From Deltaproteobacteria bacterium (GTDB taxonomy: Bacteria; Desulfobacterota; Binatia; UBA12015), in assembly GCA_046583355.1 (NCBI GenBank), contig JAYGCM010000069.1, positions 53,522 through 117,521 of the forward strand: a DNA stretch of 64,000 nt. Direction: 5' to 3'. Both the position numbers and the translations under genes were made by a program. Below, piece after piece: positions 48,858 through 58,899 of this stretch (its first letter is position 1; the number at the start of each line of letters is the position of its first letter). Under the pieces are notes generated by a model. That model was not told the DNA's origin, searched no databases, and saw only the letters and a program-made list of their open reading frames with translations.

Positions 48858-49867
48858 TGAGCAAGGGACACGGCAGCGAAGGTGCCGACGCGGCGCCTGG
48901 CCGCAGCGCCGAGGCGCTGGCGACCGCCCGTCGTGTGCTGGCGGTCGAAGCGGCTGCCTTGGCGGGCCTCGCCGAGCACCTCGGAGATGAATTTGGCGAG
49001 GCTGTTGGACTCCTGGCGGCGGCCGAGGGGAAAGTCGTTGTGACCGGGCTGGGCAAGTCGGGTCTGATCTGCCGCAAGGTGGCCTCTACGCTGGCCTCGA
49101 CGGGCACGCCGGCGCTCTTCCTGCATGCCGCCGAAGGCCTGCACGGCGATATCGGTATGCTGGCGCGCGGTGATATCCTGATCGCCGTATCCTACAGCGG
49201 TACGACCACTGAGGTGGTGGCCTTGCTCGCGCCCGCTCGCCGCCTCGGCCTACCGATCGTCGCCATCACCGGGGCAAAGGACTCGCCGCTCGGCACGGCT
49301 GCGGATGTATGTCTTGACGTGCGGGTGGCCGAGGAAGCCTGCCCGCTTGGGCTGGCGCCGACCGCGAGTACGACTGCAACCTTGGCTTTGGGCGATGCCC
49401 TGGCGATCGCATTGCTTGAGCGACGCGGCTTTGCCGCCGATGATTTCGGCACGCTGCATCCTGGTGGTGCGCTCGGTCGGCGGCTGCGCAAGATCGACGA
49501 ATTGATGCATCAGGGGGCTGAGATTCCACGCGTCGGGGTGGATGCCCCGATGACCGATGCCTTCCGCGAGATGTCCTCGAAGCGGCTCGGTGTGACGGCT
49601 GTCGTGGACGAAGAGGATATGCTTGTCGGCATCATCACCGACGGCGACCTGCGGCGTGCGGCCGAGGCGCAGGGGGATCTGCGCGCGCTCGCGGCGCGTG
49701 AAGTGATGACCTCGCAACCCAAGACCATCCGCGCCGGTGCCGCCGCCGAGCACGCCGTTGCGGTCATGGAAGAACTCGCCATTACCGTTCTTTTCATTCT
49801 CGATGACGCAGGCCGGCCTTGTGGTGTCGTTCATATGCATGACCTGCTGCGCGCAGGCGTTGTCTGA
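48857..49867 (+). CDS. kdsD: Arabinose-5-phosphate isomerase (KpsF/GutQ)
   Basis: GLGKSG, STGTPA, HGDIG, EACPLGLAPT, HPGG, CBS pair. Confidence 0.95.
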   Translation: MSKGHGSEGADAAPGRSAEALATARRVLAVEAAALAGLAEHLGDEFGEAVGLLAAAEGKVVVTGLGKSGLICRKVASTLASTGTPALFLHAAEGLHGDIGMLARGDILIAVSYSGTTTEVVALLAPARRLGLPIVAITGAKDSPLGTAADVCLDVRVAEEACPLGLAPTASTTATLALGDALAIALLERRGFAADDFGTLHPGGALGRRLRKIDELMHQGAEIPRVGVDAPMTDAFREMSSKRLGVTAVVDEEDMLVGIITDGDLRRAAEAQGDLRALAAREVMTSQPKTIRAGAAAEHAVAVMEELAITVLFILDDAGRPCGVVHMHDLLRAGVV

Positions 49868-50811
49868 TGTCGCGGCTACTCGAGGGCGCTCGACGGGAGC
49901 GCTATCGCGCGATTCGCGATCGGTTCTTTGTCGCGGCAATCCATGGGCTGCGTCGTGTGATCGGCTTGCTTGGTGTGCGCCGCGCCGGCGCGCTGGGCGG
50001 TGTGTTGGGCGGTTTCGCGCAACAATTCCTTCGCCAGCCCCGCGACATCGCGCGCGCACAACTCGCAGAGGCCCTGCCGGAGCGGACGGCGGTCGAGCGC
50101 GAGGGGATCCTCAACAAAATGTTTCGCGGCCACGGCCGCTCGATGGTGGAGATCATCCTGATGGACCGCATCGCGGCCGACCTGGACTTCTGGGTCGAGA
50201 GCGAGGGAATGGAGATTCTCGACCAAGCGCTGGCGCGTGGCCGCGGTGTGATCGCGATTACCGGGCATATCGGCAACTGGGAGTTATTGGCCGCGTACCT
50301 TGGCTTGAATGGCTACCCGCTAACGGCGATCGCAACCCCGGTGAAGGGCGCGGCATTGAACCAGGAGTCTGTCGACCTGCGTCTGCGGGTGAACGTCGAG
50401 ACGGTGCAACGTGATGGACCGGGTGCCGCACGAGGAATCTTGCGTACGCTCCGCGCCGGGCGGATCCTCGCGATTGTGATGGATCAGGACACGCAGGGAA
50501 AAGGTGTCATCGTGCCCTTTTTCAACCGTCCGGCCTATACTCCCGTGGGGCCGGCGGCACTGGCTTGGCGCTCGCATGCGGAGCTTGTCGGTATGTTCAT
50601 CCACCGCGGTGCCGATGGGCGGCACCGACTGAAGATCGTCGCGCCGCAGCTTCCTGAACGACAGGGCACCGACCCCGAGGCCCGCAGCGAATGGCAGCGT
50701 GCAACGACCGCCGAGCTGACTCGGCTGATCGAGGTCGAGGTTCGTGCGCGGCCCGATGAGTGGGTCTGGTGGCATCGTCGCTGGCAGTGCGGTGCGGAGG
50801 TGGCCCCGTGA
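49867..50811 (+). CDS. lpxL: Lipid A late acyltransferase (HtrB/LpxL family)
   Basis: GHIGNWE, DQD, VPFF, EWVWWHRRW. Confidence 0.85.
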   Translation: MSRLLEGARRERYRAIRDRFFVAAIHGLRRVIGLLGVRRAGALGGVLGGFAQQFLRQPRDIARAQLAEALPERTAVEREGILNKMFRGHGRSMVEIILMDRIAADLDFWVESEGMEILDQALARGRGVIAITGHIGNWELLAAYLGLNGYPLTAIATPVKGAALNQESVDLRLRVNVETVQRDGPGAARGILRTLRAGRILAIVMDQDTQGKGVIVPFFNRPAYTPVGPAALAWRSHAELVGMFIHRGADGRHRLKIVAPQLPERQGTDPEARSEWQRATTAELTRLIEVEVRARPDEWVWWHRRWQCGAEVAP

Positions 50812-51431
50812 GCCGCAGGGGCGGGTCGCGCTCGAAGCTGCGCTTCGTGCTGGTGCTGATTGTATTCGCGAGTCTCGGCCTGCTCGGCTTTGTGCTCGGG
50901 CAGACCTTGCTGGAGCGCAGCGTGGAGGCGCCTATATCCGATTTCCCCGAAATGGCGGCTGGGCTCGAGCAGCGGATCCGCGGCTTTCACCGCGTGAATG
51001 TCCGCGATGGCGAGATGGCCTGGGATCTGCGCGCCACGGTAGCGAGAATCGAGAAGGGCCAGCAAAGGATCACCGTGGAGGCGCCGCGGCTGGAACTCTT
51101 CGACCCGGGGGGTACGAAGGTATCCGTGCAGGCGCAGGAAGGCAGGGTTCAGCTCGCTGGCGGTGAATTGGAGCGCATTGATCTGACCGGTACCGTCATC
51201 GTCGATTTTGGTGACTACCATATCGAAACGCCGGAGGGGTATTATCTCGGTGTCGCCCAGACAGTCGTGCTGCCCAAGGGCGTTGCGGTCACGGGAGGGT
51301 CGGTCGATCTCGCCGGCGATGTTATGTTGCTCAACCTGGGCAAGCGCCGCGTTTCGGTGCTCGGCCATGTGGTGACGAAGTTCCATGCGGGGGACTCGCT
51401 CCCGGAGGCCGTGGCCGATGGCGAAGGTTGA
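50808..51431 (+). CDS. lptC: LPS export protein LptC
   Basis: Single TM then beta-rich domain (WDLRA); position before lptA/lptB. Confidence 0.75.
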   Translation: MSRRGGSRSKLRFVLVLIVFASLGLLGFVLGQTLLERSVEAPISDFPEMAAGLEQRIRGFHRVNVRDGEMAWDLRATVARIEKGQQRITVEAPRLELFDPGGTKVSVQAQEGRVQLAGGELERIDLTGTVIVDFGDYHIETPEGYYLGVAQTVVLPKGVAVTGGSVDLAGDVMLLNLGKRRVSVLGHVVTKFHAGDSLPEAVADGEG

Positions 51432-52020
51432 GCAGGCTATGGCCGCGTTCGGGTTGGCGGCCGCGCTGGTTGCGGGACCAACTTTGTGGGCCGCTGCGGC
51501 CGAGGATGTTGCGGCGCGCCCGACAAGCCCCCTGGCCGGCCTCGCCTTGGGCAATCCCGCCGAGCCGATCGTCATCACCGCCGACCAGATGCATTTTGAC
51601 TACGAGGCCGAAGAGGTCCGTTATGTCGGTAAGGTGCATGTGGAACAGGGCGATCTTGTGATTGATTGTGCCGAGTTGGAAATCGCCTACGAGGGCGAAG
51701 GGCACGAGGGCGCAAAGATGGAATTGCGTGAGGTCACGGCACGCGGTGATGTCGTGATCCGCCAGGGGACGCGTATCGCCAGCGGTGACGAGGCGCGATT
51801 CGATCAGCTCGAGGAAAAGATTCTTCTGGTCGGCAACGCCAGGCTGGAGGACGGCCCCAATATCGTAGAGGGCAATCGGCTGACGGTTTTTCTCGGCGAA
51901 GGACGCAGTGTCATCGAGTCGAGTCCCAAGAAGCGTGTCTCGGCCGTGCTCTTCCCCGATAAATTCTCGCTGCCAAGTGAGGCGGCCGGCGCGGCTGAAG
52001 GTGAGTCCGGTATTGAATGA
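51418..52020 (+). CDS. lptA: LPS transport periplasmic protein LptA
   Basis: Signal peptide; [26 protein letters not shown]. Confidence 0.85.
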   Translation: MAKVEQAMAAFGLAAALVAGPTLWAAAAEDVAARPTSPLAGLALGNPAEPIVITADQMHFDYEAEEVRYVGKVHVEQGDLVIDCAELEIAYEGEGHEGAKMELREVTARGDVVIRQGTRIASGDEARFDQLEEKILLVGNARLEDGPNIVEGNRLTVFLGEGRSVIESSPKKRVSAVLFPDKFSLPSEAAGAAEGESGIE

Positions 52021-52762
52021 GACGAAACCGAGCGTTCCCACGGGCCGGCTGGCCGCGAGCGGCCTTGTTAAAGCCTATGGCCGACGCGAGGTCCTCAAGG
52101 GGGTCTCGATCCACGTCGAGCCAGGCGAAGTGGTCGGCCTCCTCGGACCGAATGGCGCTGGCAAGACGACGACCTTCTATTGCGTTGTCGGCCTGACCCG
52201 GCCCGACCAGGGTTCGGTGATGCTGGGCGACGAGGATCTGACCTCGTTACCGATGTTTCGCCGTGCTCGGCGTGGCATCAGCTATCTGCCGCAAGAGCCC
52301 TCGGTTTTTCGCGGACTTACGGTCGAAGAGAATGTTTCGGCCGTACTCGAGACCCTTCCGCTTTCGCGTTCGGCGCGGCGCCTACGCCTACAGGGGCTGC
52401 TTGAGGAACTCTCGATTGGTCATCTGGCGAACTCCAAGGCGAGTGCTCTTTCCGGGGGCGAACGCCGTCGGTTGGAGATCACGCGTGCATTGGTGATCTC
52501 CCCGTCGTACATTCTACTCGACGAACCCTTCGCGGGAATCGACCCAATCGCCGTGACCGACATTCAGAATATCATCGTACAACTCAAGGAACGTGGGATC
52601 GGAGTTCTGCTCACGGATCATAATGTTCGCGAGACACTCGGGATTTGCGATAGAGCTTATATCCTGAACGAAGGAACCATTCTTGAAGAAGGTGATCCTG
52701 AGAAGATCGCCAATAGCCCACGCGCCCGGGAGATCTACCTCGGCGACGATTTCGAACTCTAG
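52013..52762 (+). CDS. lptB: LPS export ABC ATPase LptB
   Basis: [43 protein letters not shown]; start approximate. Confidence 0.95.
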   Translation: MNETKPSVPTGRLAASGLVKAYGRREVLKGVSIHVEPGEVVGLLGPNGAGKTTTFYCVVGLTRPDQGSVMLGDEDLTSLPMFRRARRGISYLPQEPSVFRGLTVEENVSAVLETLPLSRSARRLRLQGLLEELSIGHLANSKASALSGGERRRLEITRALVISPSYILLDEPFAGIDPIAVTDIQNIIVQLKERGIGVLLTDHNVRETLGICDRAYILNEGTILEEGDPEKIANSPRAREIYLGDDFEL

Positions 52763-52767
52763 GATAT

Positions 52768-54285
52768 ATGGCATACGAGCAAAAACTAGGATTGTCGAGG
52801 CGGCTCCAGCAGACGCTTGTCATCACACCGCAGCTCAAACATGCGATCAAGATCCTGCAGCTCTCGCGCGCGGATCTTGAGACTCTTGTCACTGAGGAAA
52901 TGGAACAGAACCCGACGATCGAGGAGGTTGGGGTGGGCCAGGAAGATTTCGAGGCTGAGGCCGATACCCGCACGCCAGACGAGCGTATGGGTGAGCTCAC
53001 CGACCCGGTTGCCGATCGGGAATCCAGCCAAACCGAAACGCCGGAACAGGAATTGGCGCCCGAGGATTCACAGATCAACGATATCAATTGGGAGGAATAC
53101 CTCGCCGATTACGCGAACAACTCGACGCAGGGATCGATGTCGGCAGGTGCCGGCGGCGATTGGGACGAGAACCGTCCCAGCCTTGAGAATACGCTGGCGC
53201 GGGACTCTTCGCTTGCTGATCATCTCACCTGGCAATTGCGCATGGCCGGTTTCCGCGAGGAACATCAGGCTATCGGCGATATCCTGATCGGCAATGTCGA
53301 TGAGAACGGCTATCTGCGGATGACACTCGAGGAGGTCGCGTTCGAGGCCGGCGTGGAATTGGCTACGGCCGAGTCGGTGCGGCGTCGGTTGCAGGACTTC
53401 GATCCGTCCGGCGTTTTTGCTGTCGACCTGCGCGAATGCCTGCTGATTCAGCTGCGCGAGTCCGAGGCCGACGAGAAGGTATGCAAATGGGCCACGGCGA
53501 TCGTCGATCAGCATATGGGGTTGCTGGAGTCCCGACGTATCGACAAAATTGCCAAGGAGTTGAAGGTCACCAAGGAGGAGGCTGGCGAAGCCGTCTCCTT
53601 GATCGCAACTCTGGAACCCAAGCCCGGCCGCAATTTCGTCACCGAGGAGCCGCGCTACGTCACGCCCGACGTCTTCGTCTACCGAATGGACGATGAATGG
53701 GTCGTGCAATTGAACGACGACGGCATGCCGCGGCTGCGCGTGAGCAATAGCTACAGGCGTCTGCTCACGGGGCCGGATAGCGGAGCCGAGGCCAAATCCT
53801 ATATCCGTGAGAAGCTCTCGGCCGCGCAATGGCTGATCAAGAGCATCCAACAACGGCAGAGTACGCTCTTTCGCGTGACGACCTCCATCATCCGCTTTCA
53901 GGCAGACTTTCTCGACCATGGCGTGAAGGCGCTGCGGCCGCTGGTTCTGAAGGATGTCGCGGCCGAAATCGGCATGCATGAGTCCACCGTCTCACGCGCC
54001 ACCGCCAATAAATACGTCCATACGCCGCAGGGAACGCTGGAGCTCAAATATTTCTTTACCTCGAGCATCCGCACCTCAATGGGCGGCGAGGGGGTTTCGG
54101 CCGAAGCGGTCAAGGAGAAAATAAAAGGCATCATCGAGGGCGAGAACCCTCGGCGTCCTTGTAGCGATCAACATATCGCCGAAACTCTGGCGATCGAGGG
54201 CGTGGAGATCGCGCGGCGCACGGTCGCGAAGTACCGTGAACTTATGGGTATCCTACCCTCTTCCAAACGGAGGCAGATGATATGA
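52768..54285 (+). CDS. rpoN: RNA polymerase sigma-54 factor
   Basis: TPQLKHAIKILQL, HESTVSR, RpoN box ARRTVAKYRE. Confidence 0.98.
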   Translation: MAYEQKLGLSRRLQQTLVITPQLKHAIKILQLSRADLETLVTEEMEQNPTIEEVGVGQEDFEAEADTRTPDERMGELTDPVADRESSQTETPEQELAPEDSQINDINWEEYLADYANNSTQGSMSAGAGGDWDENRPSLENTLARDSSLADHLTWQLRMAGFREEHQAIGDILIGNVDENGYLRMTLEEVAFEAGVELATAESVRRRLQDFDPSGVFAVDLRECLLIQLRESEADEKVCKWATAIVDQHMGLLESRRIDKIAKELKVTKEEAGEAVSLIATLEPKPGRNFVTEEPRYVTPDVFVYRMDDEWVVQLNDDGMPRLRVSNSYRRLLTGPDSGAEAKSYIREKLSAAQWLIKSIQQRQSTLFRVTTSIIRFQADFLDHGVKALRPLVLKDVAAEIGMHESTVSRATANKYVHTPQGTLELKYFFTSSIRTSMGGEGVSAEAVKEKIKGIIEGENPRRPCSDQHIAETLAIEGVEIARRTVAKYRELMGILPSSKRRQMI

Positions 54286-54623
54286 AGAATAATGACATTC
54301 CCATCAATGTGACTTTCCGGCATCTCGACGCGACGGACGCGATCAAGGAGCACGCCGAGAAAAAAGTAGCCGCTGTCCTGGGCCAGATTCCGGGTGCCAC
54401 GGATGCTCATGTTATCCTGGGATCCGAGACGCACCATCACCGAACGATCTGCGAGATCGTCGTGCACGCGTCCCATACGCAGCTGACGGCGCATGATGAG
54501 GGTCAGGACCTCTATGCGGCCATCGACAAGGCGGCGACCAAGCTTGCCGGGCAGGCGCGCAAGCTCAAGGGCCGCGTGGTCAACGAAGTCCGGCGCGCCG
54601 GCGCTTCGCGCAAAGCCGGCTGA
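54282..54623 (+). CDS. hpf: Ribosome hibernation promoting factor (short form)
   Basis: VTFRHLDATDAI, DLYAAID; follows rpoN. Confidence 0.85.
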   Translation: MKNNDIPINVTFRHLDATDAIKEHAEKKVAAVLGQIPGATDAHVILGSETHHHRTICEIVVHASHTQLTAHDEGQDLYAAIDKAATKLAGQARKLKGRVVNEVRRAGASRKAG

Positions 54624-54633
54624 TTCTTTTGCG

Positions 54634-55095
54634 ATGACTATCACCGATCTTCTCACGGAAGAGTGTGTTATTCCGGAGCTCCAGTCGACGACCAAGGAGG
54701 GTGTTCTCGCGGAACTTGCGGAACTCCTCCAGGCGGCGGTCCCGAGTAGCGATCCCGGTACTCTGCTCGCTGTTCTCCGTGAGCGCGAGAAGCTGAATAG
54801 TACAGCTATCGGTGACGGGATCGCGATCCCGCACGGGCGCTTGCCGGGGCTTTCGCAGGTGAAGGCGGGTTTTGCGCTGAGTAAGGCGGGTGTGGATTTC
54901 GACTCGATTGATTGCCAGCCGACCCATATTTTCTTTGCCTTGGTGGCCCCCGAAAATGCCGCGACATTGCATCTCAAGGCCCTGGCCCGCATCGCCCGGA
55001 TTCTCAAAGATCCGCAGTTCCGCGCGGACCTGCTCTCGCTTGAGGGGCCACACGAGATTTTCGCGGCGATCGTCGAAAAAGACGGCAACCTCTAG
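54634..55095 (+). CDS. ptsN: PTS EIIA(Ntr)
   Basis: REKLNSTAIGDGIAIPHG, VDFDSID, HLKALARIAR. Confidence 0.9.
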   Translation: MTITDLLTEECVIPELQSTTKEGVLAELAELLQAAVPSSDPGTLLAVLREREKLNSTAIGDGIAIPHGRLPGLSQVKAGFALSKAGVDFDSIDCQPTHIFFALVAPENAATLHLKALARIARILKDPQFRADLLSLEGPHEIFAAIVEKDGNL

Positions 55096-55103
55096 GGGGA
55101 TCG

Positions 55104-56051
55104 GTGGCGGTTCAGGTTCGCGAACTCACGGAAACCCGTTTCCCTTTGAAGCTTCGTCTCGTGGCGGGCGGTCGCGGGCTCGACCGGGTGGTCGAAGCCC
55201 CGCGGATTCAGAAGCCAGCTCTGGCGCTGGCGGGCTACCTCGACCAGCTGCATCCGGGCCGCGTGCAGGTGCTGGGCAATGCGGAAATCGGCTATCTGCG
55301 CGGGCTCGATAAAGACGCGGCGGAACAGGCGGTTGAGACGCTTTGCGCGGCAAAAGTCGCGTGCCTGATCGTCTGCAACAAGCACGCCGTTCCCGAGATC
55401 CTGCGGCGCGGCTGCTCGCGGCATCGAGTTCCGCTCTTTCTCTCGGACCAGCCAACGGCGAAGGCGATCCGCGCCTTGCATCGCTGGCTCGAAGAGCGTT
55501 TCGCGCCCGAGACGACGGTCCATGGTGTGTTGCTCCGCGTGCTTGGCCTCGGGCTTCTCCTGCAGGGCAAGAGTGGCATCGGCAAGAGCGAGGCTGCCTT
55601 GGCCTTGCTCAACCGCGGTCATAGCCTGGTCGCCGATGATGTCGTGCAGATGCGCGAGGCGCCGCCGGGAGTCCTCACCGGGAGTGCCCCGGATGGGCTG
55701 AAGCACCATATCGAGATTCGCGGGCTTGGTGTTCTGAATGTCGCCGAGATCTTCGGTCCGCTCGCCACGCGTGACGAAACGCCGGTGGATCTGGCCATCG
55801 AGTTCCTGGTTTCCACCGGGTCCGAGAAAACGGATCGACTCGGGATCGAGGACAAGACCGTAACGTTTCTCGGTGTCGAGATCCCCCACCTGCAGATCGA
55901 GTTGCGCCCCGGGCGCGATATCGCGACGCTGATCGAGGTGGCCGCAAGAAACCAGCACCTCAAGGGGCGAGGCATTCATGGGGCGCGTCGTTTTGTGGCG
56001 GCGATGGACCGCAACCTGCGTCGTAGCGCGGCTCGGGGCAAAGTAGAATGA
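55104..56051 (+). CDS. hprK: HPr kinase/phosphorylase
   Basis: RVQVLG, HGVL, GKSGIGKSE, LVADD, IEIRGLG, PGRD, IEVAARN. Confidence 0.95.
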   Translation: MAVQVRELTETRFPLKLRLVAGGRGLDRVVEAPRIQKPALALAGYLDQLHPGRVQVLGNAEIGYLRGLDKDAAEQAVETLCAAKVACLIVCNKHAVPEILRRGCSRHRVPLFLSDQPTAKAIRALHRWLEERFAPETTVHGVLLRVLGLGLLLQGKSGIGKSEAALALLNRGHSLVADDVVQMREAPPGVLTGSAPDGLKHHIEIRGLGVLNVAEIFGPLATRDETPVDLAIEFLVSTGSEKTDRLGIEDKTVTFLGVEIPHLQIELRPGRDIATLIEVAARNQHLKGRGIHGARRFVAAMDRNLRRSAARGKVE

Positions 56052-56908
56052 ACGAACTTCGTATTGCCGTCGTCACCGGGCTCTCTGGGTCAGGCAAAAG
56101 TACCGCGATCAATGCGCTCGAAGATCTCGGCTATTATTGCATCGACAACCTGCCGCCCGCCTTGATTCCGCATTTCACAGATCTTTGCGAGGGCGGTGCC
56201 GAGGTTGTCAAAATCGGGCTCGGGGTCGATTCGCGTGGCGGGGAATTCCTGGAGGAGTTGCCGCGCGCCCTGGATGTTGTCGCGGCAGCGGGGCATCGGG
56301 TCGAGGTGCTTTACCTCGAAGCCGGTGACGATGTCCTCCTGCGGCGCTTCAGCGAGACCCGTCGGCCGCATCCGCTGGCCGATGGCGCCGATGTGAAGAA
56401 CGGCATCCAACGCGAGCGCGAGTTGCTGGCGCCTTTGCGCGAGCGAGCCAATCGGGTGCTCGATACCAGTGCGCTCACGGGCCATGAACTGCGTCGCTCT
56501 GTGCGCGAGCTTTACGGAAGTGATGTCGCAAGCGGTGGGTTACAGCTGCAGTTGCTCTCCTTCGGCTTCAAATATGGCGTGCCGGCCGACGCGGATATCG
56601 TCTGGGATGTCCGCTTCCTGCCCAATCCCTTCTATGTGCCAGAGTTGCGTGCCAAGACCGGCCTTGCGCCCGAGGTGTCGGGTTTTGTGCTTGCTAGTGA
56701 AGGGGCACCGGCTTTCCTCAAGCTGGCCTGGGATTACCTCTCGTTTACGCTTCCGCTCTATGAGCGCGAGGGCAAGAGTTACCTCACGGTAGCCATCGGC
56801 TGTACGGGAGGGCACCATCGCTCCGTGGCTCTGGCCTGTCGCCTCGGAGAAATGCTAGAAGCAGACGGCGTCGAGGTGACGCTGCGTCATCGTGATGTCG
56901 AGCGGTGA
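56048..56908 (+). CDS. rapZ: RNase adapter RapZ
   Basis: GLSGSGKS, DNLP, SETRRPHP, SFGFKYG, DVRFLPNP, GCTGGHHRS. Confidence 0.95.
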   Translation: MNELRIAVVTGLSGSGKSTAINALEDLGYYCIDNLPPALIPHFTDLCEGGAEVVKIGLGVDSRGGEFLEELPRALDVVAAAGHRVEVLYLEAGDDVLLRRFSETRRPHPLADGADVKNGIQRERELLAPLRERANRVLDTSALTGHELRRSVRELYGSDVASGGLQLQLLSFGFKYGVPADADIVWDVRFLPNPFYVPELRAKTGLAPEVSGFVLASEGAPAFLKLAWDYLSFTLPLYEREGKSYLTVAIGCTGGHHRSVALACRLGEMLEADGVEVTLRHRDVER

Positions 56909-56930
56909 CGTTGGAGGGGTGGAGAAGGTC

Positions 56931-57392
56931 ATGATGGAAACGCGAGCAACGAGCGAAAGAGGGCGGGCCGAGGTCGGCATCGTGGTGGTGGGTCATGGCC
57001 GTTTTGCGGTCGAGATGGTCGACTCCCTGCTTTCGGTCGTCGGCGGCCTGGAGGGCATCGAAGGGGTGGCCTATCGCCTCGATGCGGACCCCCAAGAAAT
57101 CGAGCATGCCATCTGCGCGGCGATCAATCGCGTGAATGTCGGCGCTGGCGTATTGATCTTCACGGATATGCTGGGTGATACGGCATGCAATGTGAGCCTC
57201 GGATTGGCGCGCGCGCAGGCGGGGGTCGAGGTCGTTTCCGGCGTGAATATGCCGATGCTCATCAAGTTGACGACGGCACGTAGTGAAGAAAGAACGGCTG
57301 CGGAACTGGCCGATTTCATTCGCCGATACGGCCAGGAGCATATTCTTTGGCCGACCGGGGGTCGGGCCGCCTACGCCCGCGCCGGGGCATGA
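56931..57392 (+). CDS. PTS EIIA, mannose/fructose family (stand-alone)
   Basis: GIVVVGHG, LIFTDM, SGVNMPML. Confidence 0.85.
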   Translation: MMETRATSERGRAEVGIVVVGHGRFAVEMVDSLLSVVGGLEGIEGVAYRLDADPQEIEHAICAAINRVNVGAGVLIFTDMLGDTACNVSLGLARAQAGVEVVSGVNMPMLIKLTTARSEERTAAELADFIRRYGQEHILWPTGGRAAYARAGA

Positions 57393-57655
57393 AGCGCTCC
57401 TTCGAAATCCGGAATGCTCTGGGCCTGCATGCTCGCGCGGCTGCGCAATTGGTTCAGCTGGCGGCTGGCTTCTCTGCGGATCTGACGATCGAGAAGGACG
57501 GCAAGAGCGTAAATGGCAAGAGCATCATGGGCGTAATGATGCTGTCCGCGACCCAGGGCAGCCTCATCGAGGTTGAGGCCATGGGCACTGATGCCGAAGA
57601 ACTCCTCACCGCCATCGCCACCCTCATCCAAGCCCGCTTCCACGAAGATCATTGA
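57389..57655 (+). CDS. ptsH: Phosphocarrier protein HPr
   Basis: GLHARAAA (His15), NGKSIMG (Ser46). Confidence 0.95.
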   Translation: MKRSFEIRNALGLHARAAAQLVQLAAGFSADLTIEKDGKSVNGKSIMGVMMLSATQGSLIEVEAMGTDAEELLTAIATLIQARFHEDH

Positions 57656-57691
57656 GGCGCCGAGAGGAGGGGAGAGATCCCTCCCGCTCGA

Positions 57692-58852
57692 TTATAAAAA
57701 ACTGGCAAAGATGTCGTCGGCTAGTAGGAGGCCGGGCTCGGTGAGGCGAAGGAAATCGCCTTCCCAATGCAGCGTGCCGGCGGTGCAGAGGTCTTCGATC
57801 TGCGGGTAGAGTTCGGTCGGGTCGGCACCGTAGCGCTTCTGGAAAAACGAGCGCTCCAGCCCGCGGGTTTCGCGCAGCGCGAGCCAGCAGGTCTCGCCCA
57901 TCGCCTGGTGGCGCGTGAGTTCCTCACTCTCTTCCTCGGCACGGCCGTCCCGCGTCGCTTGGGCGCGGTAGGCGGTCGCATCCTTGCGGTTCATCCAGCG
58001 GCGCCCCCAGGAGCCGCCTTCGCCGCTTTTGGGGGTGAAGGAATGCGCACCGGCACCTACCCCGAGGTAGGGGCCACCGCGCCAATAGGCCTGGTTGTGT
58101 CGCGCGGTGCATCCGGCGCGTGCGAAATTGGAAACTTCGTAGGCTGCCAACCCTGCGGCGGGCAGTCGCTCGCGAATATAGGTGAGCATATCGGCCTCGG
58201 CGTCGTTGCTCAGGCGCTTGATTCGGCCGCGTTGCAGATCGCGCGTGAGCGGGGTGCCGGGCTCGAAGGTGAGGGCGTAGGCCGAGATATGTTCGGTGCC
58301 GAAAGAGAGGGCTTCGTCGAGATCGCGCTCCAACTCGACCATGGTCTGCCCCGGAACGGCATGGATCAGGTCGAGGGAGAGGTTGGTGAAGCCGGCCCGT
58401 CGCGCATCGCGTAGGGCGATGCGTGAATCTTCGACGGAATGATGGCGCCCGAGCCCGTGCAGGTGGGTCTCGTTGAAAGTTTGCACGCCCAGGGAGAGGC
58501 GGTTTACTCCTGCGCTGCGAAACTCACTCAGGCGGTCGAGATTTGTGCTGCCCGGGTTGGTCTCCAATGTAATCTCGGCGTCGCTTGCCAAGGCACCATG
58601 CTCGGCGATGAAGCGGATCAGCCGGCCGATGGTCGCGGGCGCAAAGAGGGAGGGCGTGCCGCCGCCGAAGAAGATGGTCGCGATGGGACGGTCGCGAAAC
58701 GCGCTTTCTTGCAGCCGCGTCGCAATCTCGTTTTCCAACGCGGCCGCGTATTCGCTCTCCGGCCAGCTTCGCGCGGCTACCGTATTGAAATCGCAATAGG
58801 GGCAGCGCTCCAGGCACCACGGGATGTGGAGATAGATCGCGATCGTTTCCAT
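57692..58852 (-). CDS. hemW: Radical SAM heme chaperone HemW
   Basis: YLHIPWC, CxxxCxxC, GGGTPS, HISAYAL, YEVSNF, HNQAYW. Confidence 0.92.
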   Translation of the reverse strand: METIAIYLHIPWCLERCPYCDFNTVAARSWPESEYAAALENEIATRLQESAFRDRPIATIFFGGGTPSLFAPATIGRLIRFIAEHGALASDAEITLETNPGSTNLDRLSEFRSAGVNRLSLGVQTFNETHLHGLGRHHSVEDSRIALRDARRAGFTNLSLDLIHAVPGQTMVELERDLDEALSFGTEHISAYALTFEPGTPLTRDLQRGRIKRLSNDAEADMLTYIRERLPAAGLAAYEVSNFARAGCTARHNQAYWRGGPYLGVGAGAHSFTPKSGEGGSWGRRWMNRKDATAYRAQATRDGRAEEESEELTRHQAMGETCWLALRETRGLERSFFQKRYGADPTELYPQIEDLCTAGTLHWEGDFLRLTEPGLLLADDIFASFL

Positions 58853-58899
58853 CGACACGCGAGGTACACCCCGCATAGCGGCAGCGAAAGAGGGGTCGC

